A stretch of DNA of 64,000 nucleotides from a virus. Position numbers and translations under genes: made by a program. Position 1 is the stretch's first letter; each line of letters begins with the position of its first letter. The notes under the pieces were generated by a model that was given only the letters and a program-made list of their open reading frames with translations, ran no database searches and had not been told where the DNA came from. The stretch is taken from positions 32,001 through 96,000 of the IMG/VR virus record IMGVR_UViG_3300042503_002645; one strand, given 5' to 3'. This document shows positions 17,773 through 28,400 of this stretch, piece by piece.

Positions 17773-20595
17773 ATGTCGAGCTACGTCAAACCACAAGTTC
17801 TCGTTTTCCAGGAATTCACGATCGTCCCGACGGAGATCACTGAGCCGCTGCGCGCTCACATCTCCGGCCCGCACGCGGTCCTCCATCGCTACAGCGATGC
17901 TGACGAGAAGCCGCTGTGCCGTCTCGGTGCCTACGACTACCTGAGCGATACCTGCTATCCGTGGCCCGGGCGCCTGGCAGGTTCTCGTATCGACCAGAGC
18001 TACACGAAGCTCTACGTCGACAACGCGCTGCTTCGCTACTACGAGCACACGATCGGCCAGGTCGCCACCACGGTTACGGCCGTCGAGGGCCGCTCGAACT
18101 GGATCTACGCCGACGGCCTCGCGTTCAAGAGCAACGGCTCGGCTTACTCGCGCAGCGCCGTCTTCAACGACCGCGACGTTCAGCTGGGCGACGTGGTCCA
18201 CCTCCGCACGGTGAGCCAGGACGACGACTGCGCCGAGGTCACCCTCGAAACGATCGTGACGGGTTTTGCGAGCGAGACGGTCGCCGCCACGGTTGGCACC
18301 GCTCGTGTTGACGACAGCAACGAAGCAACCAATGCGTCGACGACGGCCACGATCAACAAGATCGCCGGGCCCGACAACTGCATCGTCGCTTCGGTCGACG
18401 CGTCGGGTTACGACGGTCTCGCCGACGGCGACATCGAAGAAGAGTACACGATCGAGGTCATCAAGAGCTCGGTGCCCGGCTGCCCCGGCGCGCGCCTGCG
18501 CGTCACTTCGGCCAGCGGCAACGACGACGTGGCCGAGGTTACGCCCGGCGATTGGGAAGAGCCCACCGCGATCGGCACCCGCGGCCTCGAGGTGACGTTC
18601 GAGTACGACCCCGATCTCACCTGCTCGACTGATGCCAGCACCGACGGCGTGGAGCCCGACGTGCTTGCAGTCGGCCAGAAGTGGGTGGTCACGGTGAGCC
18701 AGCAGTTCACCGCGGTCAAGGCGACCTCGGGCGGCACTTACGCGGGTGACAAGAACGACGTTTACGTCGTGGAATGCACCAAGGGCGGCCTGTGGGCTGA
18801 TCTCCCCGAGATCACTGTTCGCACCGTCAAGGGCCTCGACTTCTCCGGCCCGACCGAGGTGACCAACCACAACGTGTTCATCGACGTCGGTTCGAACAAC
18901 GTGGAGATCAAGTTCCACGGCAACACGGTCGGTTCGTCGGTCGGCGGTCTGCGCAAGGGCGACAAGTGGTACATCACGGTCACGTCGAGCCAGGCAGGCG
19001 CTGTCCGCAAGCTCATCCTCCGCGATGACCTTCCGGCCGAGATGCAGTCTGCGTCCGACATGGATCTGCGGCTCTACATCAAGGACAACATCCAGGTGTC
19101 GCTGAATCGGGTTGGGTACGCTCCGGCGACCAACTACGCGCAGGAAGCCACCCAGATCTGCGTCCACGAGGGCATCGTCGCCTACCACCCCGAGTGGACC
19201 GACGGCGGCGCCGAGCAGCCCCTCGAAGTGCGAGCTGGTGATTTGTACGTCGAGTATCGCGAATGGCTCAGCGAGCTGGCCGACGAGGTCAACTCGATCA
19301 GCGACGTGGCGGACCTCGACCAGATCAAGGGCCAGATTCACCCCGACAACCCGCTGAAGTACGGCGTCTTCAAGGCGCTGGCCAACAGCAACGGCACCGT
19401 GGTGAAGTACACCGCTGTGGCAAACCCCGATGACCTCAACAGCTGGGTCCAGGTGCTCGAGCGGATCAAGGGTCGCGACGACATGTACAACCTTGTCCCG
19501 CTGACCTTCGACCGTCGCGTTCACAACCTGTACGCGGCACACATCGGCGCCGAGAGCAACGAGATCTCCAACAACTGGAAGAGCGGATTCTTCTCTCTCC
19601 AGGCTGTGTCGCGAAAGAAGGTCGTCGGCGAGGGCGCGGCGATCGCGGGCGTTTCGGGTAGCACGATCACCGACCCGGTGCTCGCGACGCTCGCAGACGA
19701 CCCGAACGCCACGGGTGACAACCAGTTCACGCTTCTGCAGGTGTCCGACGGATCGGGTTACTTCGTCACCAACGGCGTTCAGCCCGGCGACGTGGTCCGG
19801 TACCTCTACACCGTGGACGGTTTCGGCGAAGAGCAGTACCAGGAGTTCGTGGTCGACTCGGTGATTTCCGAGAACTCGCTCCTGCTCTACTCCGGCGCCG
19901 ACGCCGCAGTCACCGAGCCGCAGCGGGTCGAGATCTACCACAACCTCAACCGCAACGAGATCGCGGATGACATCGCCACGCAGGCCGGTTCGCTTTCGAA
20001 CCGCCGGGTGTGCGCGGTGTGGCCGGATCAGGTGGGCGAGGCGGGCACGCTCGTGGCGGGTTATTACCTGGCTTCGGCGCTCGCGGGCCTGGCCTCGGGC
20101 GTGGTCCCGCAGCAGGGGCTCACGAACGTGGAAGTGGCGGGCTTCGACGACTTCACTCGCAGCTACAAGTTCTTCAACGAGACCCAGCTGAACCGCATGG
20201 CGGAAGCAGGAGTGTGGATCGTGACGGAGGATCGGGACGGCACGCCGCACTCGCGGCACGCGTTGACGACGGACAACCTCGACCTGAACCGTCGGGAAGA
20301 GATGATTCGTCGCAACGTGGACTCGATCTCGTACCTCTTCCTGCGGCGTCTGCGCCCGTACATCGGTCGCACCAACGCCACGCCAGCGATGGTCAGCCTG
20401 CTCGAGGATGAGGTCACGGCACTGATCGACTTCTTCAAGACCAACGGAGCGACGGCCGAACTCGGCGCGCAGCTCATCGACGGTTCGATTCGCATCCTGC
20501 GCATCCACCCGTTGCTCAGCGATCGGATCGAGATCGTGCTCGATCTGACGGTCCCGGCACCGCTCAACAACATCGAACTCCACCTTGTTGTCTGA
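17773..20595 (+). CDS. Contractile tail sheath protein (940 aa)
   Basis: N-terminal YVKPQVLVFQE. C-terminal sheath motifs QLNRMAEAGVWIV, RHALTTD, EEMIRRNVD and VPAPLNNIELHLVV. Confidence 0.88.
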   Translation: MSSYVKPQVLVFQEFTIVPTEITEPLRAHISGPHAVLHRYSDADEKPLCRLGAYDYLSDTCYPWPGRLAGSRIDQSYTKLYVDNALLRYYEHTIGQVATTVTAVEGRSNWIYADGLAFKSNGSAYSRSAVFNDRDVQLGDVVHLRTVSQDDDCAEVTLETIVTGFASETVAATVGTARVDDSNEATNASTTATINKIAGPDNCIVASVDASGYDGLADGDIEEEYTIEVIKSSVPGCPGARLRVTSASGNDDVAEVTPGDWEEPTAIGTRGLEVTFEYDPDLTCSTDASTDGVEPDVLAVGQKWVVTVSQQFTAVKATSGGTYAGDKNDVYVVECTKGGLWADLPEITVRTVKGLDFSGPTEVTNHNVFIDVGSNNVEIKFHGNTVGSSVGGLRKGDKWYITVTSSQAGAVRKLILRDDLPAEMQSASDMDLRLYIKDNIQVSLNRVGYAPATNYAQEATQICVHEGIVAYHPEWTDGGAEQPLEVRAGDLYVEYREWLSELADEVNSISDVADLDQIKGQIHPDNPLKYGVFKALANSNGTVVKYTAVANPDDLNSWVQVLERIKGRDDMYNLVPLTFDRRVHNLYAAHIGAESNEISNNWKSGFFSLQAVSRKKVVGEGAAIAGVSGSTITDPVLATLADDPNATGDNQFTLLQVSDGSGYFVTNGVQPGDVVRYLYTVDGFGEEQYQEFVVDSVISENSLLLYSGADAAVTEPQRVEIYHNLNRNEIADDIATQAGSLSNRRVCAVWPDQVGEAGTLVAGYYLASALAGLASGVVPQQGLTNVEVAGFDDFTRSYKFFNETQLNRMAEAGVWIVTEDRDGTPHSRHALTTDNLDLNRREEMIRRNVDSISYLFLRRLRPYIGRTNATPAMVSLLEDEVTALIDFFKTNGATAELGAQLIDGSIRILRIHPLLSDRIEIVLDLTVPAPLNNIELHLVV

Positions 20596-20616
20596 GAATT
20601 TTAGGAGAACACACAC

Positions 20617-21090
20617 ATGGCTTTGAGTGCATTCGCGGCAGGCAACGGCAAGGACCAGTTCTTCAACGGGGCCTTCCGCGCCGACGATGTCCGGCTGAAC
20701 TGGCTGGGCAGCGGGGCCAAGGAAGGGGCGCTGGTGCAGAGCGCGCAGTGGCAGTGCCAGCGGACCGTGAACTTCCTTTACGAGATCGGTTCGACGGCGG
20801 TCTATTACGTCGGCAATCGTCGCCAGGGCAACGCGAATTTCACGCGCGTTGTGGCTGGCAGCGCGACGTTCAAGAACATGGTCAAGAAGTTTGGCAACCT
20901 CTGCGCGCCGGACAACTTGATCCTCGACGCGAAGCAGGCGGCCTGCAAGGGCGGCGCTGTTTCGGGCGGCGGCGTGAAGTACACGCTCGTCAGCGCCACG
21001 CTGACGACTGTGGGCGGAAGCGTTACCGCGCAGGACATCGTGATCAACGAACAGCTCGGATTTATGTTCGTCGACCTCTACTACGTGTAA
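20617..21090 (+). CDS. Tail tube protein (157 aa)
   Basis: Follows the sheath; LYEIGS motif and typical size. Confidence 0.78.
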   Translation: MALSAFAAGNGKDQFFNGAFRADDVRLNWLGSGAKEGALVQSAQWQCQRTVNFLYEIGSTAVYYVGNRRQGNANFTRVVAGSATFKNMVKKFGNLCAPDNLILDAKQAACKGGAVSGGGVKYTLVSATLTTVGGSVTAQDIVINEQLGFMFVDLYYV

Positions 21091-21125
21091 GCGTAGCGGG
21101 CGGCGAGCTGGCAAGCTGAACCACG

Positions 21126-21157
21126 AACGGCGGTTGCGCTTTGCGCAGCCGCCGTTT
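21126..21157 (+). terminator. Stem-loop after the tube gene
   Basis: AACGGCGGTTGCGC-TTT-GCGCAGCCGCCGTT(T). Confidence 0.6.
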
Positions 21158-21224
21158 ACGGTATTAGGCGTCGCTATGGCGCCTGGGGCCTTCGGGCCCG
21201 TAACCACACCATTTGGTGGACAAT

Positions 21225-24113
21225 ATGAGCGGATCATCGGCTCCCAAGCCCGTGGGGCAGACTCCACAAACTAGCCAGGCGACGGCCTACGACCCGACCC
21301 GGCAGGCCCGGCAAGTGCAGGCGGCAACGCAGTACGGCAGCCGCAACGCCACTTCTGCCCTCGGCGCCCAGCTCAGCGCCGTTGCCGACCCTAACTGCAA
21401 GCACGTCGGCTACAAGCTCGGGTTTCAGGACACCGGGCGCCTCTGCCTCGGCTGGATCGTCGACGGCACGGCGATCGCCAACTGTTACCGCGTCCAGGTC
21501 GAAAAGGGCCGGGCGCCCCTGATGGCCGCCACGCTGTCCGGCACCAGCCAGGCCTGTTTCGGGGCGTCGGAGATCAACACCTATACGCCGGGCACGCCCG
21601 TCGTGTTGATGATCCACGACAAGGTTGACCTGGCGTACATTCTCGGCGCCGCGCCCAGCGTCCTCGACGTGGCTTACCGGGGCTATCACGACTACATCTC
21701 GCAGATGTCGCGGAAGCGAGTCGACGACTGCCACAAGAAGTACCTCAAGATGCCGATGAGCGGCGAGGTGAGCGACCTGAGCGCCTGGCGTCCGGTCGAT
21801 GCCACGCTGGCCAGCGAGTGGGGCGCCGTCAGCACTACCGGCCTGCGCGTTACGCTCGACGACTTCATGGCGCAGCTGTCCGTGAACGAGTTTACGGGCG
21901 TGTTCGGCTTCTACCACGATTCGCTGCTGCGTGTGGCGGGCTACAACATGCAGACCTGGACCGGCGGCGCGGAGCGCGACGCTTTCGTGGACCAGGGCGA
22001 GTACAACGACTACCAGGGGTACTCGCCGTACCCGTGGGAGGCGATGGGGCTGCTCGAGACCGGCACCGAGAACATCCAGGAGTACGGACCGCTTTCGTAC
22101 CTCTGCCCGCAAGGCAGGCCGTACTACGCCCACTTCGAGAACAAGCACGAGTACCAGCAGCCGTTCCACCGGACGCAGGTGTTTCAGGGCTATCTGGGTC
22201 AGGGGCAGCGCACGCTCGTGCAGGCGCCGCCGCAGGGCGTGGACCGCTGGACGTACAAGCCCGGTGATCAGGGCCCGCAGGGCGGCGTTTACGACTCAAA
22301 CGTCGAGGCGGAAAACACAGAGCCGCCGCAGTGCGAACAGGGCCCGGCCAAACTGCGCGACTTCCCCAACGAAAACACGCCCGCCATCGGCCTGCATGAA
22401 GACAACATCGCGGCGGACGGTCGGCGTTTCATGGCCAGCGCCAAGGGCATTATCATCGCCAAGCGCATGATGATTCCGGCCCCGGCGCGCCTGAAGCGCC
22501 CGGAAGCGGGAGACGGCGACGACGCGGAGAAAGACTACAAGGCCGCGGGGAAGTTCGGCTCCGGGCCCGAGCATACGATCACCGGCGACATCCAGGCCGA
22601 GGGCGATTTTCCAAACCTGCAGCGCGCTAGCGGCGTTATGGACCTGCACGCCTACCTGTTCAACTACGCCGGGATCCACCCATTCTTCTGGCACACAAAA
22701 GACTTCAAAACCTGGGAACACAGCGAGCTCGAGTACGCCGACGCAAACCAGGTCGTGCCCGACTTTACGTCGCTCAAGGGTTCGATGTATCTCGAGGCGC
22801 CGCAGCCCAAGCAGCTGTACGTCGACCACCGCTACAAGCAGCAAGACTTCTACGAGACCACGTCGCACGTTTCACTGCTTGATGACGGCAGCGTGGTGAT
22901 CGGTGACGGTTACGGCGCCGAGATCCGAATGAGCGCGGGGACTGTTACCATTTCGGCGCCGGGCGACGTCTGGCTCAAGAGCGGCCGCCACGCGCAGGTC
23001 TGGTCCGGCGGCGACACGATCGTCCGCGCGGCTGGCAACGTCGACGTTTCGACCACCGAAAAGAGCATCCGGCTCAAGAGCGAGAAGGACGTCATGGTCC
23101 TCGCCGGAAACGAGGGCGGCGCGGGCGGCGTGCTCATCGAGAGCCGGTCCAAGCTTCAGACCTACGACTTTGAGAAGGGCGGCGAAGAAGTACAGTTTGG
23201 CGGCGTCGTGCTGCGTTCGCCACACTCCAGCGTTGTGAACCTCGCGCACCAGATCTACCTGCGCACGGGCGGCGGCGGGAGCGAGATTCAGCCCGGAAAC
23301 ATCACCATCGACGCGGGCAAGGGCGAAGCTGACCTGGTGACCAAGAGCAGCCAGCTCTTTCATTACGTCGGCCAGAGCGGGCAGATTTGCCACTTCTTCC
23401 GCGGCAGCGCAGACGACGCCACGCAGAAGGCCAACTACTTCAGCAGCAATTTCACGCTGCTCACCGGGCCGCTTGGTGTGGACGGACCGGCGATTGTTGC
23501 CGGGCCGGTGCTGGCCAACGGCAGTATCTACACGAACAGCGGCCATATCTACACACAGCAGGCGGCCTCCGGCAGCGTGTTCGTGCTCCCATGCGACGGC
23601 AACTGCGCGGGCCAGATTGAAGAAGCGATTCAGAAAGTTCGCGAGTACGTCGAGCAGATCTTGCCCGACACCGGCGACAACGTGGACGCGTCCTACCTCG
23701 AAGGCCTCTGGTACGAGGCCAAGCAGGCTGGCAACGCTGATGTCATGGACAGCATGGAGTTCAGCTTCCGCACCGACGACCAGTACAACATTCCCGATTT
23801 TGTGCTGTTCGAGGACCGGTGGCAGCAGATGGCGCGGCTGGCGAACAATGTGCCGGAGCGCTGGACGGAGCGCGCGGTCACATCCAAGAAAGCGGGCGAG
23901 ACGTACCCGTTCCCCGGCAAGAAGTGGCTGGCCGAGTCCGACGCGTTCCTGACGCAAGATTTCAGTCTGGTGGACTTCAACGGCGACGGCCTGGTCGACA
24001 AGCCGCGCGGCAGCGACGGCGATCTCGCCAGTGAGTACGCCGAGCCCCGCTTCTCGAGCGAGCAGAGAACGAAGATTAACGGGCAGTACCCGATTGTTGG
24101 CGTTGTCAAGTAA
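21225..24113 (+). CDS. Putative baseplate central spike (gp5/VgrG-like)
   Basis: N-terminal OB-like region (PGTPVVLM...YILG) and beta-helix-like repeats (DDGSVVIGDGYGAEIRMSAGTVTISAPGDVWLKSG). Confidence 0.6.
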   Translation: MSGSSAPKPVGQTPQTSQATAYDPTRQARQVQAATQYGSRNATSALGAQLSAVADPNCKHVGYKLGFQDTGRLCLGWIVDGTAIANCYRVQVEKGRAPLMAATLSGTSQACFGASEINTYTPGTPVVLMIHDKVDLAYILGAAPSVLDVAYRGYHDYISQMSRKRVDDCHKKYLKMPMSGEVSDLSAWRPVDATLASEWGAVSTTGLRVTLDDFMAQLSVNEFTGVFGFYHDSLLRVAGYNMQTWTGGAERDAFVDQGEYNDYQGYSPYPWEAMGLLETGTENIQEYGPLSYLCPQGRPYYAHFENKHEYQQPFHRTQVFQGYLGQGQRTLVQAPPQGVDRWTYKPGDQGPQGGVYDSNVEAENTEPPQCEQGPAKLRDFPNENTPAIGLHEDNIAADGRRFMASAKGIIIAKRMMIPAPARLKRPEAGDGDDAEKDYKAAGKFGSGPEHTITGDIQAEGDFPNLQRASGVMDLHAYLFNYAGIHPFFWHTKDFKTWEHSELEYADANQVVPDFTSLKGSMYLEAPQPKQLYVDHRYKQQDFYETTSHVSLLDDGSVVIGDGYGAEIRMSAGTVTISAPGDVWLKSGRHAQVWSGGDTIVRAAGNVDVSTTEKSIRLKSEKDVMVLAGNEGGAGGVLIESRSKLQTYDFEKGGEEVQFGGVVLRSPHSSVVNLAHQIYLRTGGGGSEIQPGNITIDAGKGEADLVTKSSQLFHYVGQSGQICHFFRGSADDATQKANYFSSNFTLLTGPLGVDGPAIVAGPVLANGSIYTNSGHIYTQQAASGSVFVLPCDGNCAGQIEEAIQKVREYVEQILPDTGDNVDASYLEGLWYEAKQAGNADVMDSMEFSFRTDDQYNIPDFVLFEDRWQQMARLANNVPERWTERAVTSKKAGETYPFPGKKWLAESDAFLTQDFSLVDFNGDGLVDKPRGSDGDLASEYAEPRFSSEQRTKINGQYPIVGVVK

Positions 24114-24123
24114 GGAGGCACGT

Positions 24124-25110
24124 GTGGAACTGGTAGAGAACCCGTACGTTTCTGATTTCACCAAGGCGACGCTCGAGCAGTTTGGCTGGAAGGTCGGCGA
24201 CGCCTTTCCAGCAACGCTCGGCGCGCTGCTGCTGCAGTTCAAGGAAACGGCGGCGCCCTCGTCGCGCACCGACGTGCTGGTGGACAGCGCGGGCCTCAGT
24301 CCGGCGCAGATTGCGGAGGTGCGCGCACTGCTGGCCGAGGCCAAACGGGTGGCGGCCAACCGCGATAAGACGGAAGCGGTCGAAGCGGAAACGCAGAACA
24401 TGTCTCCGGAAGTCGCGGCGCTCTACAAGACGCTTGAGGATGCCGGGCCGGAGATCGTCGACGACCGGGAAGCCCCGCCGCCCCCGCCGCCTGCTGCGCC
24501 CCAGACTCCCGCGCCGCCTGCCCCTGAACCCGCGCCTGCGGATGCCCCGGCAACCTCGGCGCCCATGGTGATCCTGCCGTTCTGCCCGCGCTGCGGCTGG
24601 GACATGCGGCAGAAGTTCGAGGTCGAGGTCACCGACAACGACAAGCAGGAGTTTCTGGCGTCGACCCTCGGTGGCCGCCGGTTCCAGCGCCGGTTTGATA
24701 TCTTTGGCGGCAAGCTGGTGCTGGTCTTCCGGTCGATGCTGGCCGAAGAAAACCGTCTGATCATGCGGCAGCTCGTGCTCGACCAGGCCTCGCAGGACAT
24801 CGTCACCGAGGACGAGTGGTTTCTTCGTCTCATGGAGTACCGCCTGGCTTGCTCGCTGGAACTCATGCTTGACGGAAACGGCAAGCCGCTGCATACCGTT
24901 CCGGAGCTGTCGCAGTTCCCGCACTCGCCGCCGCCGGACAAGCCACTGCAAACAGCCCTGGTGGGCCTGCGCGAGTTCGTGAACAACACGATCTTGCCGC
25001 ACGAGGTGACCCGGCGCATGGTTGGGCAGCAGCTGCGGTATTTCCAGCGGCTCGTTGAAGCCATTGAGGCTATGGCGCTCGAACCAAGTTTTTGGCACGG
25101 GATCGGGTAG
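24124..25110 (+). CDS. Putative tail assembly chaperone (G-like) with a CPRCG motif
   Basis: TAAGGAGG RBS before GTG 24124. Two genes upstream of the tape measure; ends near a T5 run. Confidence 0.6.
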   Translation: MELVENPYVSDFTKATLEQFGWKVGDAFPATLGALLLQFKETAAPSSRTDVLVDSAGLSPAQIAEVRALLAEAKRVAANRDKTEAVEAETQNMSPEVAALYKTLEDAGPEIVDDREAPPPPPPAAPQTPAPPAPEPAPADAPATSAPMVILPFCPRCGWDMRQKFEVEVTDNDKQEFLASTLGGRRFQRRFDIFGGKLVLVFRSMLAEENRLIMRQLVLDQASQDIVTEDEWFLRLMEYRLACSLELMLDGNGKPLHTVPELSQFPHSPPPDKPLQTALVGLREFVNNTILPHEVTRRMVGQQLRYFQRLVEAIEAMALEPSFWHGIG

Positions 25111-25499
25111 CAGCACTGATGGTGCGGGCTGCTGCGGCGGGAGTGGTCGACTACTCCCGCGCCGATCCCCAAGACGGTAAGTGGAGAATCAAGCACCGGC
25201 TGCTGCTGCAAGAACTCGAGCGGCAGGAGAACTACAAGCTGCTCGACGCGGTCCACCGGCAGTGGCTCAGCCATGTGTCGCACGGGCACCTTGTCGACGA
25301 GAGCTACCAGAACGTTAAAACGCACGCAAACGAAACGCTAGAGGCCCTGGAAGCCAACCTTTTCCCGTGGGCCGTGATCCCAAAACCCCAGGGTGAAAAA
25401 GATACAATAAGTCCCGACGCACAAATCGCGATCGAGAAGTACAAGCAGTATCGAGCCAGCTTGCAAAACGGCGAAGACAGCGATGCCCAACCCACTTGA
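25092..25499 (+). CDS. Tail chaperone extension (T-like), probably expressed by -1 frameshift
   Basis: Lies in the -1 frame, overlaps the chaperone end at AGTTTTTGG and has no SD of its own. Confidence 0.55.
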   Translation: MARDRVAALMVRAAAAGVVDYSRADPQDGKWRIKHRLLLQELERQENYKLLDAVHRQWLSHVSHGHLVDESYQNVKTHANETLEALEANLFPWAVIPKPQGEKDTISPDAQIAIEKYKQYRASLQNGEDSDAQPT

Positions 25500-28400
25500 T
25501 CCATTTTCCGGGGGTATGTTTCGGGTGCCGCACTACGGCCCGGGCCAGTCTGCGTCGATGATGCAGGACCCCATGTCGACAATGATCATGTTGTTCGGCA
25601 TGCCGATTCTGCAGCAGCAGCTGGGCGGGCGCGACAAGTTCTTGCCGCACCTCACGCCTAACCAGGCGTTGATGGACCAGTTCATGGCCTCGCAGTACCA
25701 GCGAGCAAACATGAACGCCACTCTTGCCGCGTCCCAGGCCGGGCAGGCGGCGGTGAGCAACCGGGTCGCCGGGCTTATGTCCATGATGACCGGGCAGCCC
25801 GTAACGCCCCTCAACCGGGAGCAGTCGGACAACATCGCCGGGGTCATTAACAACCCTGTCGTAAAGATGGTCTTGGGTCAGATGATCGGCCCGGACAACC
25901 TCGAAGCGGTCATGTTCGGCCGCCACGGCGACCCGAGCGCGCTGGCCGGTGCTGTGGGCCGGACGGGCTTCTTCCGCCAGGACCCCATGGGCGGGCAGCG
26001 GATGACGGCGAAATCCCTGGAAGAGTTCACAAAGTCGATTCACGCCAACCTGTACGGCGAGGGCGCCGACGTCGATCAGATGCGCGGCTTTATGGCCGGG
26101 CAGGCCGGGCAGATGTTCGAGAATCTGTTCCAGCGCGGCATGCTCCCCCAGAGCATCGGCGCCCTGACGCCTGCGGAGCGAGTGCGCGCCATCGGCGACG
26201 AGGCCCGGCGAGATGACGCCACGATGAACCGGCTGGCCGAGGAAATGGCGCGCACCGAGCTGATGCAAAGCACGGAACTGTTTGACGGCCGTCGCTTCGA
26301 CGAAGTCACCGAGCAAGAGCGCAAAACTATCCTCGAAGGGCGGCTGCCGACGTACCGCGGCCGCGTCGATGACACGATGCGGAAGATTGACGAATTCCGC
26401 AACAACGACCCACGCGCGTCGTCCGTCGAGGACATCGAGAAAAGCGCCGGGTTTGACTCCCTGGCGCGGAACGTTGACGGCGTGAAGGCCGCGAACAAGG
26501 TGAAAGAGTTCGCGGGCGCCGTGTCCGCCGTGCGCGAGATCTTCGGCGACAACGGCAATCCGAACGCCCCAATGCCTGCGCTGTTGGCAGCCCTGGACCA
26601 GCTCACGCAGGGCACGATGGCGCAGATGAGCACCGGCAAGGTTGAGAACACGCTGCGCCAGATGCGGCTGGCTGCTAAGGATGCCGGAATCGGCATGGAG
26701 CAGCTCATGGGCATGTCGGGCGAGATTAGCGCCTACGGCGACACGCTTGGCATTGCGCGCCCGATCTCGCTGCAGAACACGGTGAACGCCGCGTTGATGA
26801 CGCAGGCGATGCGGCAGGCCGGAAGCTTTGACAAGCCCGTCTTCGGCCGCATGGACCAGGCCACGGCGTCGCGCGAAGCGGCCATGCGTATCCAGCAGGG
26901 AGACGCGTCGGGCGTGGGCAAGACGCTGGCATCCATGGCCCGTGCCGTCGCAGAGAACCCGACGCAGTACGCGGGCACCGAGGTCGAGGCGCTTGTAAGC
27001 GCGTACAACAACGGTCAGGAAACGTACAACTTCGACGGCAAGACCGTGAACCTGGCGCAGCTGGCGGGCGTGGGCGGCGCTCCGGCGCTGGCCGAGTTGT
27101 TCACGCGGCCTGAGAACAAGGGCAACATGGCCACGCTGGAGATGTTCTCCTACGACCAGACGACGCAGCGCTACATGAAGCCAGGGTATGCGGTGCTGGC
27201 GCAGCGTTTTCAGCTCCAGCGCGACATGGCCAATTCGAATTTGGGCGGCGCGATCATGGACCTGGTCGACGCCAAGGGTTTCGAGAACGTGGCGGCCGGA
27301 CTGGGCATTCCGCTAACCGATCCGGACGCCGAGCGCTTCGGTTTCGGCAAGATGTTCGCAAGCGGCCTGGCCGACGTGATCCTCAGCGAAACGGGAAACA
27401 TGAACCCGGAGGAGCGCGTCGACTACCTGATGAAGGACAACCGGGTCGGGCGCATGCTCGAGCAGCAGTTCGTCGCGGCGGGGTACACCCCAGACGAAGC
27501 CAAGCGGCGGGCAGAGGCGTCAATGCCGCTGGTGATCGGAAACACGCCCGAGGAGCAGCGGGACCGGCTGGGGCGGTTCCTGTCGGCTGCAGACGTGGAC
27601 GCCCAAGCTATTACCGGTCGTTCGCTGGCGGCCAACGCTCAAATGCAAAGTCCAGCTGTCCAGGCGAATTACGTGCGAAACCAGCAGCGCTCAGAAGCGC
27701 GGTCGGAGCGTTACCGGGCCATGGCCATGGGCAACGAATCCAGTCTGCTCCAGCGCGTTTTCGAGGAGGTCGACAAAGTCTCCCAGGGCGAGACGTTTAG
27801 CCTGGAGCGCGTGGCCAACGTGCTCAGCGTTGCGGGCATGGAGCAAAAGTACGCCGCGGGCATTGCCGCGGGGCTCGAGTCGGCCTACGGCGAACGGGCC
27901 AAATTGTTTGTCTCTAAGCCTGAAGTGGATGACCTCAAGGCGCGCGCCGAGAAGGGCGACCAGGCGGCGATCAAGCAGCTCAAGTTCATGACCGGCGTTA
28001 AGGACGGCACCGAGGTCGTCTCGGCGGACGACATCAGCACCAAGCTCGGCCTTAAGTCGAACGAAGAAATCAACGACATCTACAAACGGCTCGTTGACGC
28101 GGGCGAAACAGACACGGCCAAGCAAATCACGGCGCTCTCCACCGCGGCGGGCATCGAGAACGTGGCGGGCGTGCTCGACCCGGACAAGGATCAGATCACG
28201 CAGGCGCAGCTTTCCAATCTGGCCGAAGGTACAGTTGGCCGGGTGTTCAAGGGGAGCACCGTCGAAGAGCAACGAGCCAGCCGAGACCGCGCCCGCGAAA
28301 TCGAAACTTACACGAACGCGGTCTACAACGCGGCCGGGCTCGAGACCGCCGCTGGCAGCCTGGCGACGGAGGCCGCGTCTGCGCGCAAGCTATCCGAGCC

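Noticed and set aside
17752-21267. 1171-aa antisense ORF over the sheath and tube genes, and similar long antisense ORFs (1414-3159, 22872-24401, 38062-39696)
   Set aside because: Expected shadow of strong GC3 codon bias, which removes stops on the opposite strand. The translations have no motifs or RBS.
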